Assembly (NCBI RefSeq): GCF_964194025.1
Contig: NC_134472.1
Span: 66,464,001 to 66,528,000 of the forward strand
DNA: 64,000 nt
Origin: Convolutriloba macropyga
Lineage: Eukaryota
Direction: 5' to 3'
The position numbers and the translations under genes were made by a program. A model generated the notes under the pieces. It saw nothing but the letters and a program-made list of their open reading frames with translations, was not told the DNA's origin and searched no databases. Positions 61,467-64,000 of the stretch are shown one piece after another. Numbering within the stretch: the first letter of the stretch is position 1; each line of letters opens with the position of its first letter.

Positions 61467-62567
61467 TCAAAGATATGCACCAAACATAACTGACATGAAA
61501 AGAGCAACTGCAACTTTAGTGTTGTCTATGAACTTTTTCATACAGTCCTCATTGTTTTCAGGCTTTAACGTTTGCACTTGTTTAATTAAGTAGAGTGAAA
61601 TCATCCCCACGCCGAAATAGTAACTTGGACCTAGGTCAGCCAGTTTTCCGGATAGAAATAAGCCGGAACTCGTCACAGCTGCAAACCCGTACAAATATTT
61701 GTCAACATCCGGCCCAAATTTAATGGCTGTAGACTTGACTCCTATCAGCATATCGTCTTTCTTGTCTTGTAGAGCGTATATCGTGTCATAGAAAATTGTC
61801 CATGACATAAGCGAGGCATACATAGCACATACAGGGACACTTAAACTTCCGGTTGTAGCTGTGACGCCCATTAAGAGGCCATAATTCATGCACAACCCCA
61901 AAAATGCTTGCGGATAATAAGTTATTCTTTTCATGTACGGGTAGGTTGCCACTAAAGGCAATGCTAAGAATCCAAGCCCGATTGTTGCGCTGTTTAAACT
62001 GAGAAGTATACCCAATGCTGCAACGCTTTGGACACCCCCAAAAATGACCGCTTGTAGGATTTTAAGGTCGCCAGAAGCTAAAGGTCGTGACATAGTTCTT
62101 TGAACACTCTTATCAAGTTCACTGTCCCAAATATCATTGATAGTACACCCAATGCTTCTCATTAGAATAGCACCCAAGCAAAATTTAGCCGAGATCCAAA
62201 ATCCAGGAATCCCACCGCATCCCAAAGCCAGACCTGTTAGCCCTGGCCACATCAAAAGCCAGAATCCGACTGGTTTGTCAACTCTGGCCAACTTCAAGTA
62301 CGGCTGTGCATATCTAGGAGCAGAGTCGACTAATTTAGCACCAGCTTGAGATATTGAAGTACTCTGAACTTTTTCTAAATATTTTGGAATAATTTGAATC
62401 GCTTTCGAGTATGATTTCAAATATGACTTTTGGTCAGCAAGTAATCGTTTAGGTCTATAAGACGTGCTAACGACGCTGCACACTCTAACAGCATCATGTT
62501 TGCTGCAGGACAATTGCCAATACAGTCCTAATTTACTTCTTAGATAAGCTCTCTGAATTAACACCAT
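61467..62567 (-). CDS. COQ2: 4-hydroxybenzoate polyprenyltransferase, mitochondrial (UbiA family; 366 aa, intronless CDS)
   Basis: PYLKLARVDKPVGFWLLMWP, MRSIGCTINDIWDSELDKSVQRTMSRPLASG, YPYMKRITYYPQAFLG and WTIFYDTIYALQDKKDD..IGVKSTA. The Arg/Ser-rich N-terminus is consistent with a transit peptide. Confidence 0.96.
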   Translation of the reverse strand: MVLIQRAYLRSKLGLYWQLSCSKHDAVRVCSVVSTSYRPKRLLADQKSYLKSYSKAIQIIPKYLEKVQSTSISQAGAKLVDSAPRYAQPYLKLARVDKPVGFWLLMWPGLTGLALGCGGIPGFWISAKFCLGAILMRSIGCTINDIWDSELDKSVQRTMSRPLASGDLKILQAVIFGGVQSVAALGILLSLNSATIGLGFLALPLVATYPYMKRITYYPQAFLGLCMNYGLLMGVTATTGSLSVPVCAMYASLMSWTIFYDTIYALQDKKDDMLIGVKSTAIKFGPDVDKYLYGFAAVTSSGLFLSGKLADLGPSYYFGVGMISLYLIKQVQTLKPENNEDCMKKFIDNTKVAVALFMSVMFGAYL

Positions 62568-62611
62568 AACTTCTGCAATTATAGAATAATTAGTAAATAT
62601 GCAAACTGATT

Positions 62612-63417
62612 AGAATTTGGAACAAAGCAGGAAGGTTGCCAGAAACTAACCACGACAGCTTTGCAGATCTGCAGTTTCATAAAGATAGTAAAAGAAACAT
62701 ACAAAAAATTTTTATCAAATGTTGAGATGGTATAAACATTGCTGCTTCAAATGGCTGCACTCGAATAACTTTCAATTAGAGTGACGAACTCAAGTGACCG
62801 TGTCTTGGAATTAAATTAAAGAAGAGTCGCCCTCAGAGTAAGGAAGTCATTTTTGAGAGTGATTTAAGTCACACGTACGATCAAAAACACATTCACGTGA
62901 AAAAAAGATGTCCCGCACGCAATTCAGTTGAAATTGCATAAAGATTGAACAGAAAAGATATGACGTGATTGTGACGCCATATGGCTGTACAAAAACAACA
63001 AAAATCAAGACCTAGAATGGACTATGAATCAATTGTGACAATCAATTAGAAAACAATCAGATTAGAAAATCGAAAACACTGTAAAAATCGATGTCCAGGT
63101 ACCGCATGTGAAAAACAAGTAGCGGGAAAACAAATTTCTGTTCAAACTCCAATTTTTCACTACTTTAATATAATAGCGAAAAAATTTCGCGTCCCAAGAT
63201 TGCTTGCTTTTTCGCTTCACTTCCTGCTTCGGCGTGAACAAAGTCATCAGCTAAATTTGACTTACAAAATGAAAATGTAAAGACAGAGCCCCAACAGCTA
63301 AATTTGACTTACAACATGAAAATGTAAAGACAGAGCCCCAACACAGTTCAAATTCTTTGATTTGCAAAAAAAACAAAAGAAGGTCAATAATAGGCTATCG
63401 CTTTGCAGCTATTAAAA
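62612..63417 (-). mobile_element. Helentron-like family B, diverged copy directly upstream of COQ2
   Basis: Collinear with 60211-61143; ends GGCTATCGCTTTGCAGCTATTAAA. Confidence 0.6.
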
Positions 63418-64000
63418 ACATTCAATAAAGCAAGGCAGGTAGCCGGATAAAAGATTGAAAACAGAAAACTTGGGCAAATAGATAGAAAATTTCTCTATTC
63501 TCATTGGCTGAAATTAAGCGTTATTTGCAAGCTGCAAGAAAAATATAGCATCTAGTCATCTCTCGCGAGCCATGGCCATATCTTAGCAGCCTGTGGGACT
63601 TGATATGAATCCATCACAACCGAAGAAAATATCAAGACCGAATGTTATGCGCTGTAATATAAGTCAGCGCTTAAGTCTCCTGACCAATATGCCATTTGAG
63701 TAATATAATTTTCGATCGTTTGCCCAAATTTTTGCTTTGGATCTGTTGCCTTTCGATCTATTGTCCTAGCACCAGCAATGCACTGCTCAATAGTTTCAAA
63801 TCAACTTCCAACTTTGGTATGCTGCGGCAGCTTTGGGCAACCTTTTCATTAATATTTCTGAAGAAAATGAACTTATGATGAGGACAATTTTCCTTTTTCA
63901 TTTTTTTAAAATTGTCCTTTGTGACATTAACGCCTTTAGGAACTATTACAAAATGGAATTTTATTAACTTAAATGCTAAGTATTTCAGTGCTCTACGAAA

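Overview
AT-rich, repeat-dense eukaryotic genomic DNA, almost certainly animal; the species cannot be identified from sequence alone. There are four host genes: a 4-exon alpha-1,4-glycosyltransferase (A4GALT/A4GNT family, +), a 3-exon SLC17/sialin-like transporter (-), and single-ORF XPR1 (-) and COQ2 (-). Two things stand out. (1) Three of the five introns I can reconstruct appear to lack a GT donor (one GC-AG, two GG-AG). All three are bounded by the same short terminal inverted repeat, GGA(A/T)C(T/C)GTT(T)CC at the 5' end and its reverse complement just before the AG, while their interiors look unrelated. This suggests a stem-bounded, possibly transposon-derived non-canonical intron class. 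(2) A complete 12.9-kb Ty3/gypsy-type LTR element (38004-50946, 5-bp TSD CTTGG, -1 gag-pol frameshift, class-I fusion env) carries unusual cargo. It has a TARG1/OARD1-like macrodomain at the end of Pol and an antisense unit with its own TATA+Inr, encoding a small Cys-rich membrane protein and a JmjC (Fe/2-oxoglutarate dioxygenase) domain. This copy is decayed by stops and frameshifts. The rest is Helentron-like non-autonomous elements, satellites, a BEL/Pao relic and local fold-back palindromes. All family assignments come from motif recognition by eye, not from database searches.
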